Source: an uncultured Dehalococcoidia bacterium
GTDB lineage: Bacteria > Chloroflexota > Dehalococcoidia > Lucifugimonadales > Australimonadaceae
Assembly (NCBI GenBank): GCA_958295525.1
Contig: OY282355.1
Span: 1,784,394-1,848,393, forward strand
DNA length: 64,000 nt
Direction: 5' to 3'
Shown here one piece after another: positions 34,492 to 43,729 of the stretch (positions are counted from its first letter, which is position 1; every line of letters begins with the position of its first letter). Made by a program: the position numbers and the translations under genes. The notes beneath the pieces are model-generated. The model was not told the origin of the DNA. It made no database searches and saw only the letters and a list, made by a program, of their open reading frames with translations.

Positions 34492-34953
34492 TCAGCGCCG
34501 AGGCCGGCGCCGGTCGGCGGAGTCGAGGATCAGCGTGACCGGCCCGTCGTTGACGAGCGCGACGTCCATCATCTCCTGAAAGCGTCCGGTCTGCACGGGC
34601 AGGCCCGTCGCGCGGAACCGCTCGACGAGTCCGGCGAACCTGGTTTGCGCCTCGGCGGGCGGGGCGGCCTCGGTGAAGGACGGCCGCCGGCCTTTGCGCG
34701 CGTCTCCGTAGAGCGTGAACTGGCTGACGACCAACAGCGATGCGCCTAAGTCGAGGGCGGAGCGGTCGAACTTGCCCGCGTCGTCGGGGAACACGCGCAG
34801 ATTGACGATTTTGTCCGCGAGGTAGTCGGCGTCGGCGTCCTCGTCGTCTTTGCCGACGGCGGCGAGCACGAGCAGCCCCTTGCCGATGGACGCGACGGCT
34901 TCGCCGCCGACCGTCACGGACGCGCTGCTGACGCGCTGGACGACGGCGCGCAT
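34492..34953 (-). CDS. dtd: D-aminoacyl-tRNA deacylase
   Basis: MRAVVQRVSSASVTVGGE..IGKGLLVLAAVGKDD...SQFTLYGDARKGRRPSF is a canonical Dtd sequence. Confidence 0.9.
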   Translation of the reverse strand: MRAVVQRVSSASVTVGGEAVASIGKGLLVLAAVGKDDEDADADYLADKIVNLRVFPDDAGKFDRSALDLGASLLVVSQFTLYGDARKGRRPSFTEAAPPAEAQTRFAGLVERFRATGLPVQTGRFQEMMDVALVNDGPVTLILDSADRRRPRR

Positions 34954-34957
34954 CGGC

Positions 34958-35266
34958 CTATTCGGACGCGGCGGCGGCTTTCGCGGGCGATTCGGAAGAC
35001 TTGGCGGACTCGCTCTTGGCGGCGGAAGCGCCGTTGGACGACGCGGAGGACGACGTAGAACTCGCCCCGGACGACGAGTCGCCGCCTTTTCGGGCGTAGT
35101 CGGTGGTGTAGAAGCCGGAGCCCTTGTAGATGACGGCGGGGAGCGCCAGCCTGCGGCGGCTGACGCCTGGGCAAGCGGGGCAAGGGTGCTCCGCGTCCGC
35201 GTCGAACCCTTGCTTCAGATCGTACTCATTGCCGCAGGATCGGCAGTGATAGGCGTAGATCGGCAT
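34958..35266 (-). CDS. FmdB-family zinc-ribbon protein (CxxC_CxxC_SSSS type)
   Basis: MPIYAYHCRSCGNEYDL...HPCPACPG...GSGFYTTDY followed by a Ser-rich tail. Confidence 0.8.
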   Translation of the reverse strand: MPIYAYHCRSCGNEYDLKQGFDADAEHPCPACPGVSRRRLALPAVIYKGSGFYTTDYARKGGDSSSGASSTSSSASSNGASAAKSESAKSSESPAKAAAASE

Positions 35267-35277
35267 TGCTATGGCCT

Positions 35278-35318
35278 CTTGCAGTTAGCAGTCGCCCTGC
35301 GCGACTGCTAACTGCAAG
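35278..35318 (-). terminator. Perfect 18-bp stem / 5-nt loop hairpin between ugd and the fmdB-like gene
   Basis: cttgcagttagcagtcgc (35278-35295), loop cctgc, gcgactgctaactgcaag (35301-35318). No U-tract on either strand. Confidence 0.4.
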
Positions 35319-35368
35319 ATACTCCGCCGGCGGGGTCGTTGTCAATAACGGACGCGGCGCAACGCGCC

Positions 35369-36721
35369 TCATCGCCGCCCTACGCCCCGGTAGTCGAATC
35401 CGGCGCGGCGGACGGCGGCGGGGTCTAGGCAGTTCCGTCCGTCGAGGATCAGGGGGTTCGCCATTCGAGGGCGGAGGCTAGGCAGGTCAACGCTGCGGTA
35501 GTCGTCCCATTCGGTGAGGATGACGACGGCGTCGGCGCCTTCGGCGGCGGACTCGGGGGAATCGGCGTAGGCGAGCGACGGCGGGTTCGGCGGGAAGAGC
35601 GTCTGAAACTCGCGCATCGCCTGGGGGTCGTGGAGGCGCAGGGACGCGCCGTCCCGCAGGAGGGCGCTCACGATGGGGATGCTGGGCGCGTCGCGCGCGT
35701 CGTCGGTGCGTGGCTTGAACGAGAGACCCCAGACGGCGATTGTTTTGCCGCCGACGCCGGAGAGCGCTTGGGCCAGCGCGCCGGTGAACTGGGCGGGGCG
35801 CCGGAGGTTGACGCGCTCGGCTTCGCGGAGCAGGGAGAAGTCCACGCCGTGCTCGGACGCGACGTGGATGAAGGCGCTGACGTCTTTGGGGAGGCAGGAG
35901 CCGCCGAAACCGATGCCCGCCTTGAGGAAGGCAGGGGCTATGCGGGGGTCCATTCCGATGGCGCGCGCGACGTCGGCGACGTCGGCGTTCGTCGCTTCGC
36001 AGAGGTCGGCGACCATATTGATGAACGACACTTTCGCGGCGAGGAATGCGTTGGATGCGTGTTTGATGATCTCGGTGGTTCCGACGCCGGTCACCAGAAG
36101 CGTCTCCTCCGGGGGTTTGCCGGCTCTCTCGAGAAGGGGCCGGTGCATTTCGGAAAGGAGCGCGACGGCGCGGGGCGAGTCCGCTCCGATAATGATTCTG
36201 TCGGGGTTGAAGAACGTATCGAGCGCCGTCCCCTCTGTAAGGAACTCGGGGTTGACGGCGACGTCGAATTCAGGCTGGGCGCCGGGTTGCGCCGCCGCGC
36301 CGATGCCTTTCCGCAACCGCTCCGCCGCGCCTACGGGGGCCGTGCTTTTTTGGACGACGAGTTTGTAGCCGTTCAGGTTGCGGGCGATAGCCTGCCCAGC
36401 CAGGTCTATCTGCGAAAGGTCGGCTCCCCCGTCTTCCCTGCGCGGGGTGCCGACGCAGACGATAAGAACGGTCGCGTCTTGCAAGGCGGCGTCGGGGTCG
36501 TCGGCGACGGAGAAACGCCCGGAATCGAGCCCTCGCCGCAGGAGATCCGCAAGCCCCGGCTCGTAGAAAGGGGGGTCGCCCTTCGCGATAAAGCGCGCCT
36601 TCTTCTCGTCGATCTCGACGCCCGCCACCGGCCAGCCTAAGTCCGCCAGCCCAAGCGCGGTCGGCAGACCGACGTAACCGAGCCCGATGACGGCGATTCG
36701 TATTTCGTCTTGTTCGTCCAA
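35369..36721 (-). CDS. ugd: UDP-glucose/nucleotide-sugar 6-dehydrogenase
   Basis: IAVIGLGYVGLPTA Rossmann motif and catalytic GFGGSCLPKD. Start set to the TTG at 36721, because the upstream 63 codons of the ORF are Arg-rich and non-homologous. Confidence 0.8.
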   Translation of the reverse strand: MDEQDEIRIAVIGLGYVGLPTALGLADLGWPVAGVEIDEKKARFIAKGDPPFYEPGLADLLRRGLDSGRFSVADDPDAALQDATVLIVCVGTPRREDGGADLSQIDLAGQAIARNLNGYKLVVQKSTAPVGAAERLRKGIGAAAQPGAQPEFDVAVNPEFLTEGTALDTFFNPDRIIIGADSPRAVALLSEMHRPLLERAGKPPEETLLVTGVGTTEIIKHASNAFLAAKVSFINMVADLCEATNADVADVARAIGMDPRIAPAFLKAGIGFGGSCLPKDVSAFIHVASEHGVDFSLLREAERVNLRRPAQFTGALAQALSGVGGKTIAVWGLSFKPRTDDARDAPSIPIVSALLRDGASLRLHDPQAMREFQTLFPPNPPSLAYADSPESAAEGADAVVILTEWDDYRSVDLPSLRPRMANPLILDGRNCLDPAAVRRAGFDYRGVGRR

Positions 36722-36783
36722 TGCGTTATTTCTACGGAGGGTTGGTTCACGCGGGCAGGCGCCCCGCTCCCGCTCGTGAGATT

Positions 36784-37797
36784 CTACACGGATTCCCGTC
36801 TCTTCCGCCGCGCCGGAAGGAAAAATCCTATTCCCCAACTCAGGTGGATAACGGCCAGCGCGAGCGGAGCGAGGACGGCTGCGGGCTCTCTCCGGCGCAA
36901 CCCCGCCCATATAGATGATGCGATCAACGCGCCGAGGTAGATCAGCGGGACGGCGGCGGCGAAGGCGAGCGCTCCCGCGAGCGCGAGCAGCGCGGAGGCG
37001 GCGAGGGCGAGCGCGAGCAAGGGAGGAGCGAGTTGGCGCGGGCGAAGGGCTGACGGGTGGCGGAGGAGGATTGCCGATTTCCAGCGTCCGTAGGCGAAGT
37101 ACTGGCTCGCGAGCGCCGCGAACGAGCCTCGAGGTCGGTAGGCCGCCGCGAGTTCCGGGTCGAACCAGACGGTCTCGCCGCGCGTTCGCAATCGCCAGTT
37201 CAGATCGGAATCCTGGCTGCGGAGCAGCGTCTCGTCGAATCCGCCCGCGTCCTCCAGCGCGCCGCGGCGGAACACGCCGAGGTAGACGGTGTCGGTTGGG
37301 CCCTCCGCTCCGCCCTGCCGGTAGCGCGCGCCGCCTGTTCCCATAGGCGTGCTGGTGGCGGCGGCCACGGCGCGCTGGAAAAAGGATTCGCCGACAGGAA
37401 CCAGCCGCCCGCCCACGTTCGCCGCTCCGGTGCGCGCCAGCGTTTCGACGGCGCGGGCGACGTAGCCTTGCGGGAGGACGGCGTGCGCGTCAACGCGGAC
37501 GATGACCTCGCCGTTCGCTTCCCGCAAGGCGCGGTTCAGCCCGGCGGGCGTCGTTCGCTGCGGGTTGGGGATGAAGCGGACGGAGGGGTAGCGCTCGCGG
37601 ACGACTTCGGCGAGCGCAGGCGCGTCGGAGCCGTCCGCGACGACGACCTCCATCCGCCCGGCGTAGTCTTGCGCGAGGACGGAGTCGAGCGTCGCGGGGA
37701 GCGTTCGTTCCTCGTTTCGCGCGGGGACGATAACCGAGACGAAAGGGAGAGGCGAGGCTTCCCTCTGCCCGGCAGGCGGAGGTTGCGCGGCGCTCAT
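36784..37797 (-). CDS. Family 2 glycosyltransferase with C-terminal TM segments
   Basis: VSVIVPARNEERTLPATLDSVLAQDY..VVVADGSDA (GT-A DxD region). The ATG at 37797 overlaps the upstream gene stop (ATGA). Confidence 0.85.
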   Translation of the reverse strand: MSAAQPPPAGQREASPLPFVSVIVPARNEERTLPATLDSVLAQDYAGRMEVVVADGSDAPALAEVVRERYPSVRFIPNPQRTTPAGLNRALREANGEVIVRVDAHAVLPQGYVARAVETLARTGAANVGGRLVPVGESFFQRAVAAATSTPMGTGGARYRQGGAEGPTDTVYLGVFRRGALEDAGGFDETLLRSQDSDLNWRLRTRGETVWFDPELAAAYRPRGSFAALASQYFAYGRWKSAILLRHPSALRPRQLAPPLLALALAASALLALAGALAFAAAVPLIYLGALIASSIWAGLRRREPAAVLAPLALAVIHLSWGIGFFLPARRKRRESV

Positions 37798-39305
37798 TGC
37801 GCTTCGGTAGCCGGCAGCTCGGGGTCGGGGTCTCCGTAGCGGCGGAGGGCGAACGGCAGCCCCAACAGCAGCCCCAGCAAGACGAAGAGCGGGCGCGACT
37901 CCAATATCGTCTGGCTGAACATACTGAAGTAGGCGACCAGCCCCATAAGGAACACGCCGGGCCAGAAGCGTTCTCTGATGAATATCCAGAATCCGGCGGC
38001 GAGGAACGCCGAGTACAGCAGCAGCCCAAGGATGCCGAGGTTTATCCACGCGAGCATAAACATCACGTGCGGCTCCACGCCGTTTCGAATGCTGAACGCC
38101 GCGCCGTATCCCCAGACGGGGGAAAGCGTGATCAGCCGCCATGAATTCTTGAGGTGCACAAGCCGAGGAACATCCACAGTGAGGACATCGTCGGTCACAC
38201 GGATATTATCTCTCATGATACTGGCTTCCAGACTGACTTCGCGGTCGGCTCTCGCGTCGCCCGGGGCAGGGTCGGCGGTCGGTTCGTCTACGCCGGATAG
38301 AACCTGAGAGGCGCCGTCGGCCGGAGCAGGAGCCGCGGCGGTTGCAGCCAACACGGCGGACTGGACGACGCGAGAGTATTCCTTGTACTCATCCAAACGA
38401 GAGTCCAGCACCCACATGTCGGAGTCTTCCTCCAAGTCGACATTGTAGGTGAACAACTCCTGCCCGGCTAATTGGTTGAGGCGGTCTATGGCTGCGTGGC
38501 GATCGAAGTAGGGCAGGGTTTGGATGGACAGCCAGCAGGCTGCGGCGAGGAGCGCCGCCATAGCCGCGAAACTTCCAAGCGTCAGGATGCGCCGTCCCCG
38601 GGCTGCCCAGACCACCCGCAGGGAGAAGGCCGCGAAGAATACGGCGTACCCCAACAGGCCGGATCGGGAGAGCGTCATAAAGACGGCGAACCCTGCAACG
38701 AAGAGGACGGCGAGGCTGAGGAAACTGAACCGCCGGTAGGAGAGAAGCGGCGCAGCGAGGATGAGAACCATAAACGCGCCTACGTTGGGGTCGACCGCCA
38801 GCCCCGCCGCGCGGAAGTCATGCGAGGTGAACGTGCCGGGCCGGAAGACGTCCAACAGCGTCGTGCAGCAGTAGAACAAGAACGCGGCCAGCAGGTAGAG
38901 CCGCCACCGGCGGCGAACGCCCGGCGCAAGCGGAAGCAGCATCGCGGCGGCGGTCATCGCCAAGATGATCACCAGCGAGATCCCGTCGCGGAAGCGGGCG
39001 TCGGGGTTGCGCGGCCATTGAATCCACGTGAGGACGGCGAGCAGCAGCAAGGCCAAGAGAAAAGGCCACTGCCGGCGCAGCGCTTGCAGAACGTGCTCGC
39101 GCGCTTCCTGAATCGTCGGCCCGGAGCGCGGCGCCAAGAGCCAGGCGGCGAAACCCGCCATAGCCGCAGCGAACAGGATGACTCCCGGAATAGGAAAGCC
39201 GCGCCGAACGAGTTCCCGGTCCAATTCCGTGAGGAACAGGATGAAGAAGATGGCGGGCAGCGCGGCGGCCGCCAGCATTTGGATCTTGTTCGTTCGCTCA
39301 GGCAT
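37794..39305 (-). CDS. O-antigen ligase/polymerase-like polytopic membrane protein
   Basis: More than 10 predicted TM segments. TLSRSGLLGYAVFFAAF resembles the Wzy_C/O-antigen ligase signature. Translationally coupled to the GT2 gene. Confidence 0.6.
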   Translation of the reverse strand: MPERTNKIQMLAAAALPAIFFILFLTELDRELVRRGFPIPGVILFAAAMAGFAAWLLAPRSGPTIQEAREHVLQALRRQWPFLLALLLLAVLTWIQWPRNPDARFRDGISLVIILAMTAAAMLLPLAPGVRRRWRLYLLAAFLFYCCTTLLDVFRPGTFTSHDFRAAGLAVDPNVGAFMVLILAAPLLSYRRFSFLSLAVLFVAGFAVFMTLSRSGLLGYAVFFAAFSLRVVWAARGRRILTLGSFAAMAALLAAACWLSIQTLPYFDRHAAIDRLNQLAGQELFTYNVDLEEDSDMWVLDSRLDEYKEYSRVVQSAVLAATAAAPAPADGASQVLSGVDEPTADPAPGDARADREVSLEASIMRDNIRVTDDVLTVDVPRLVHLKNSWRLITLSPVWGYGAAFSIRNGVEPHVMFMLAWINLGILGLLLYSAFLAAGFWIFIRERFWPGVFLMGLVAYFSMFSQTILESRPLFVLLGLLLGLPFALRRYGDPDPELPATEAQ

Positions 39306-39427
39306 CCGGTGATGAGACGCTCACCGGACAGCCTGCGCTCCGGCGGCCGTCAAGCGAGGAATTTCAGTAAATTGGCGCGGGGAGACTATACAACCTGCCG
39401 CAGCGTTCTTCAAGCGCCTGCGCTCAA

Positions 39428-39457
39428 TTGAACGCCGCGCCCCGTCCGCCGTATACT
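39428..39457 (+). promoter_or_regulatory. Candidate sigma70-type promoter for pdxS
   Basis: TTGAAC (39428-39433), 18-nt spacer, TATACT (39452-39457), then GGGAGGA RBS and the ATG at 39478. Confidence 0.35.
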
Positions 39458-39477
39458 AGGGGCGGGAGGATAGCCTT

Positions 39478-40386
39478 ATGAGCGTGAACGGAACTTACGA
39501 CGGCAGGGAGCGCGGGACGTTCCCGGTGAAGGCGGGGCTCGCCCAGATGCTGAAGGGCGGCGTGATTATGGACGTGGTCACGCCCGATCAGGCCAAGATC
39601 GCGGAGGACGCGGGCGCCTGCTCCGTGATGGCGCTGGAGCGCGTGCCCGCCGACATTCGCGCCGACGGCGGCGTCGCCCGCATGTCCGACCCCGCGATGG
39701 TCGAGGCGATTATGCGCGCCGTCACCATCCCCGTGATGGCGAAGGTCCGCATCGGCCACTTCGTCGAGGCGCGCATCCTCGAGGCCATCGGCGTCGACTA
39801 CATTGACGAGTCGGAAGTGCTGACGCCCGCCGACGAGGAGCACCACGTTTGGAAGCACGACTTCGCCGTGCCTTTCGTGTGCGGCTGCCGGGACTTGGGC
39901 GAGGCGCTCCGCCGCGTCGGCGAAGGCGCGGCGATGATCCGCACGAAAGGCGAGGCCGGCACCGGCGACGTCGTCGAGGCCGTGCGCCATATGCGGACGG
40001 TGATGAAGCAGATCCGCCGCGCGCAGGGAATGGGCGAGGACGAGTTGACCGCCTATGCGAAGGAGATCGGAGCCTCGCTGGAGTCGCTGCGCGAGACGCG
40101 GAGCCTGGGCCGGCTGCCGGTCGTGAACTTCGCCGCGGGCGGCGTGGCCACGCCCGCCGACGCCGCCCTGATGATGCACTTGGGCGCGGACGGCGTGTTC
40201 GTCGGCTCCGGCGTGTTCAAGTCCGGCGACCCGTCGGATCGGGCGAAGGCCATCGTGAAGGCGGTTACGCACTACGAGGACGCCCACGCCGTCGCGGAGG
40301 CGTCGAAAGGGCTTGGCGCGCCGATGGTGGGAATCAGCGCGCGGTCGCTGGCGCCTGAGCAGGAACTCGCGTCGCGGGGCTGGTGA
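39478..40386 (+). CDS. pdxS: Pyridoxal 5-prime-phosphate synthase lyase subunit PdxS
   Basis: [53 protein letters not shown] is nearly invariant PdxS sequence. Confidence 0.95.
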   Translation: MSVNGTYDGRERGTFPVKAGLAQMLKGGVIMDVVTPDQAKIAEDAGACSVMALERVPADIRADGGVARMSDPAMVEAIMRAVTIPVMAKVRIGHFVEARILEAIGVDYIDESEVLTPADEEHHVWKHDFAVPFVCGCRDLGEALRRVGEGAAMIRTKGEAGTGDVVEAVRHMRTVMKQIRRAQGMGEDELTAYAKEIGASLESLRETRSLGRLPVVNFAAGGVATPADAALMMHLGADGVFVGSGVFKSGDPSDRAKAIVKAVTHYEDAHAVAEASKGLGAPMVGISARSLAPEQELASRGW

Positions 40387-40405
40387 GGCGGACGCGGAAC
40401 GCGAG

Positions 40406-41002
40406 GTGAGCACGACGGCGAAGGTTGGCGTTCTCGCGCTTCAGGGGGACTTTCGGGAGCACTGCGCCGCGCTCCGGCGTTTGGGCGCGTCCGCCTCGGA
40501 AGTGCGGACGCAGGCGCAATTGGACGGCGCGGACGCGCTGATCATCCCGGGCGGCGAGAGCACCTCGATGGCCAAGTTGATGGACGCCTATGGGCTGCGC
40601 GCCCCGTTGCAGGCGTTCGCCCGCGGGGGCAAGCCGGTTTGGGGCACCTGCGCGGGGCTCATTCTGATGGCGTCGCGCTTGGAGGAAGACCGCCCGCAGC
40701 CGCTCGGCCTGATGAACCTCGCCGTCCGCCGCAACGGATTCGGCAGGCAGGCGGACTCGTTCGAGGCCGGCCTCAGCGTCTGCGGCGTCCCCGGCGGGCC
40801 GGTGCGCGCCGTCTTCATCCGCGCCCCGCTGATTACGGAAACGGGCCCGGGCGTGGAGACGCTCGCGTCGCTGGAGAGCGGAGAGCCGGTCGCGGCGCGG
40901 CAAGGAACGTTGCTGGCGTCGGCGTTCCATCCGGAGTTGACCGGCGACTCGCGGATGCACCGCCTCTTCCTGGATATGATCCCCTCCGGGGGGGCGTCGT
41001 GA
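40406..41002 (+). CDS. pdxT: Pyridoxal 5-prime-phosphate synthase glutaminase subunit PdxT
   Basis: KVGVLALQGDFREH, IIPGGESTSM, GTCAGLILM (catalytic Cys) and FHPELT. GTG start at 40406. Confidence 0.9.
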   Translation: MSTTAKVGVLALQGDFREHCAALRRLGASASEVRTQAQLDGADALIIPGGESTSMAKLMDAYGLRAPLQAFARGGKPVWGTCAGLILMASRLEEDRPQPLGLMNLAVRRNGFGRQADSFEAGLSVCGVPGGPVRAVFIRAPLITETGPGVETLASLESGEPVAARQGTLLASAFHPELTGDSRMHRLFLDMIPSGGAS

Positions 41003-41916
41003 TCCGCTCGTACCGCATCACGGACGCGCCGCGCCAATTTCTGCCGGGGCGGCTCGCGGCGCGGGACTTGGTCCACACGCGAGCGTCCATGGGGTTCGCC
41101 CCGCGCTGGCTGACGCGAACGGACGCGGCGCGTTGCGCGCTGCCCGCCGCCCGAATGAGCCGGTCGTTCGGAGCCTTCGAGCGCGGGGGGCTGGAGGCGC
41201 TCGCCGTGCTGCGGGCGCGCCGCGCCGTCTCCGCGTGGGAAGTCGCCGGCCTGTTCGCGTCCCCCGTCGGCTACGTCCGGTTGGACGAGTTGCTGACGAT
41301 GGCGGCGGCGGCGGTCGGAGAGATAGGAGTCGAGCGGCTCTTCCTGCGCTGCGAAGAGGAGAGCCCAATCGTAGACTGCTCGCAGCGGGCGGGCTTCCGC
41401 CACGCCTTCTCGGAGGAACTCTTCGCGGGGACATTCGGGCCCGTCGGCGGAGGGACGACGATGATACTGCGTCCGTTCAGGGGCGAGGACGCGAACCAAG
41501 TGTTCCGGCTGCAGGTGGCGACCGCCCCGATTCCGGCGCGCCCGGCGATCGGGCTTACGATGAACGAGTGGGAGGCGTCGAAAGAGGACGCGGAGGGCGA
41601 GGCGACGCGCGAATTCGTCTGCGATACGGAGCAAGGGCTGAGCGCGTGGGCGCGGATCGACCGGGGAGAGCGCGGCGTCACCGTGGAGGCGATGCTCCAT
41701 CCCGATAGGGCGGACTTGGCGGACGCGCTGATCGAAAGCGTGGAGCGGGCCGCGGGCCGAGCGGACGAGGCGCGCTGGATCGTTCCGAGGCGTCAGCCTC
41801 ATCTGGCGAAGGCTCTCGCCAACCGGGGATGGCGCTCGCGCGGAGAGTACGCGGTCGCGCTGAAGCCCGTCGCGCAGCATGCGCGGCAGCCGGTGATGAC
41901 GCCGGCGCAGGCGTAG
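40999..41916 (+). CDS. Hypothetical protein, weak GNAT-like acetyltransferase resemblance
   Basis: The GTG at 40999 overlaps the pdxT stop (GTGA). IGVERLFLRCEEESPIVDCSQRAGF resembles the GNAT beta4-alpha3 region. No firm motif. Confidence 0.35.
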   Translation: MIRSYRITDAPRQFLPGRLAARDLVHTRASMGFAPRWLTRTDAARCALPAARMSRSFGAFERGGLEALAVLRARRAVSAWEVAGLFASPVGYVRLDELLTMAAAAVGEIGVERLFLRCEEESPIVDCSQRAGFRHAFSEELFAGTFGPVGGGTTMILRPFRGEDANQVFRLQVATAPIPARPAIGLTMNEWEASKEDAEGEATREFVCDTEQGLSAWARIDRGERGVTVEAMLHPDRADLADALIESVERAAGRADEARWIVPRRQPHLAKALANRGWRSRGEYAVALKPVAQHARQPVMTPAQA

Positions 41917-41939
41917 AGATCAGGGCGTAGAGGAGGCGT

Positions 41940-43568
41940 ATGACGCAAACCGGCTTCGTTCCCGGATCGACCGAGGAAGAGGAACTCCGCGCGCTGTGCG
42001 CGGCGCTGCCGCCCGCCATCCGGCAGGCCGTGGAGACCGACTCGCGGCAGGACGACCTGCTGGAGATCGTGCTCGACCTGGGGAGAAAGCCCGAAGCGCG
42101 GTTCACCAACCGCGACGTCCCGCTGAGCGGCGAGGACGTTTCGCGCTCCGACCTGGATCACGTAATGGAGCGGGTCAGCGATTTCGGCGACGACAACCGC
42201 GCCGGAGTCGAGCGGACGCTGCACCGCATCTCCGCCATCCGCAACCGCCGCGGCGAGGTCATCGGCGTGACGTGCCGCGTCGGGCGCGCCGTGCAGGGAA
42301 GCGCCCGCGTCATCGAGGACTTTGCGCTCTCCGGCAAGAGCATCCTGCTCGTCGGCAGACCGGGCGTGGGGAAAACCACCATTCTGCGCGAACTCGCGCG
42401 CGTGCTCGCCGACGCGCGGAAGCGCGTCGTCATCGTGGACACCTCCAACGAAATCGCAGGCGACGGCGACATCCCCCATCCGGCCATCGGCAAGGCGCGG
42501 CGCATGCAGGTCGCCGCCTCGGCCCGGCAGCACGCCGTGATGATCGAGGCCGTCGAGAACCATATGCCGGAAGTCATCGTCGTGGACGAAATGGGGACGG
42601 AGTTGGAGGCGCTCGCGGCGCGCACCATCGCCGAGCGGGGCGTTCAACTGATCGCCACCGCGCACGGCAACACGCTCGAGAATCTCCTCGTGAACCCCAC
42701 GCTCTCCGACCTCGTCGGCGGAATCCAAACCGTGACGCTCGGCGACGAGGAGGCGCGGCGCCGCCGGACGCAGAAGACGATTCTCGAGCGCAAGGCTCCC
42801 CCAACCTTCGACGTGCTCGTGGAAATTCAGAGTTGGAACAGCGTCGCGGTTCACGCCGACGTCGCCAAAACGGTGGACGCCGTCCTCCGCGGCCGGTCGG
42901 TCGCGCCGGAGACGCGCGAACTGGACGAGAGCGGCGCCGTGCGGAAGCGCTACCAGACCGCCGCCGCCCCGCCGGAGTTCGAAGTCGCCCCGTTCGTCTA
43001 CGGGCAAGGCGGCGGCGGACGGCGTTCGGAACGCTGGGAGCGCCGCCCCGACAACGGGGCGGATACGGAGGCGGATGCGCCGCCCTTGCCCCCCGCGCCG
43101 CCGCCGCGCCCGCGAATGCGCGTATACCCGTTCGGCGTGAGCCGCGAGCGGCTGCAGCAGTCGGCGGCGGGCGCGGGCCTGCCCGTGCACGTGGCGGACA
43201 ATCTCACCGAGGCCGACGTCGCGCTGACGACGAAGGCGCACTACCGGCGGCGCGCAGGCGTTCTGCTGGCGGCGGAAGAGCAGGGCGTGCCCGTCTACGT
43301 CCTGCGGCGGAACACGCCCGGGCAGATTGTGGGCTTCCTTGAGCAGATAGGCGAGGGCAACGCCGAGGACGCGGGCCGACATCACGGCGCGCAAGAAGCC
43401 GAGGACGGCGTGCAGCGCATTCTGTCCGGCGAGGCGAGCGTGATCGAGTTGCGCCCGCAATCGTCGTTCGTGCGGCGCGTGCAGCACCGCATCGCGGAGC
43501 AGGCGCAACTGCGCTCCCACAGCGTGGGGCAAGGCCCGCGCCGCCGCGTGACCATCCGCCGGGCGTAG
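41940..43568 (+). CDS. ycf45/SpoIIIAA-like P-loop ATPase with a C-terminal R3H-type nucleic-acid-binding region
   Basis: ILLVGRPGVGKTTILRELAR Walker A, VVIVDTSNEIAGDGDIPHPAIG, PEVIVVDEMG Walker B, and ATAHGNTLENLL. Confidence 0.75.
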   Translation: MTQTGFVPGSTEEEELRALCAALPPAIRQAVETDSRQDDLLEIVLDLGRKPEARFTNRDVPLSGEDVSRSDLDHVMERVSDFGDDNRAGVERTLHRISAIRNRRGEVIGVTCRVGRAVQGSARVIEDFALSGKSILLVGRPGVGKTTILRELARVLADARKRVVIVDTSNEIAGDGDIPHPAIGKARRMQVAASARQHAVMIEAVENHMPEVIVVDEMGTELEALAARTIAERGVQLIATAHGNTLENLLVNPTLSDLVGGIQTVTLGDEEARRRRTQKTILERKAPPTFDVLVEIQSWNSVAVHADVAKTVDAVLRGRSVAPETRELDESGAVRKRYQTAAAPPEFEVAPFVYGQGGGGRRSERWERRPDNGADTEADAPPLPPAPPPRPRMRVYPFGVSRERLQQSAAGAGLPVHVADNLTEADVALTTKAHYRRRAGVLLAAEEQGVPVYVLRRNTPGQIVGFLEQIGEGNAEDAGRHHGAQEAEDGVQRILSGEASVIELRPQSSFVRRVQHRIAEQAQLRSHSVGQGPRRRVTIRRA

Positions 43569-43729
43569 CGCAGGCGCGTGAGCGGCGAAGACGCAAGCGC
43601 GACGCCAGCCCCTTGCGCCAACCGCCCCCAACCCCTTACGCTTTGCGCCTACGCTTGCCCGCTCAAGCGCGAATCCCGCCCGGCTCCCTCTCCCGCAACC
43701 GGGGGAGGGCAGCAAGAGCAAAGAACCTT

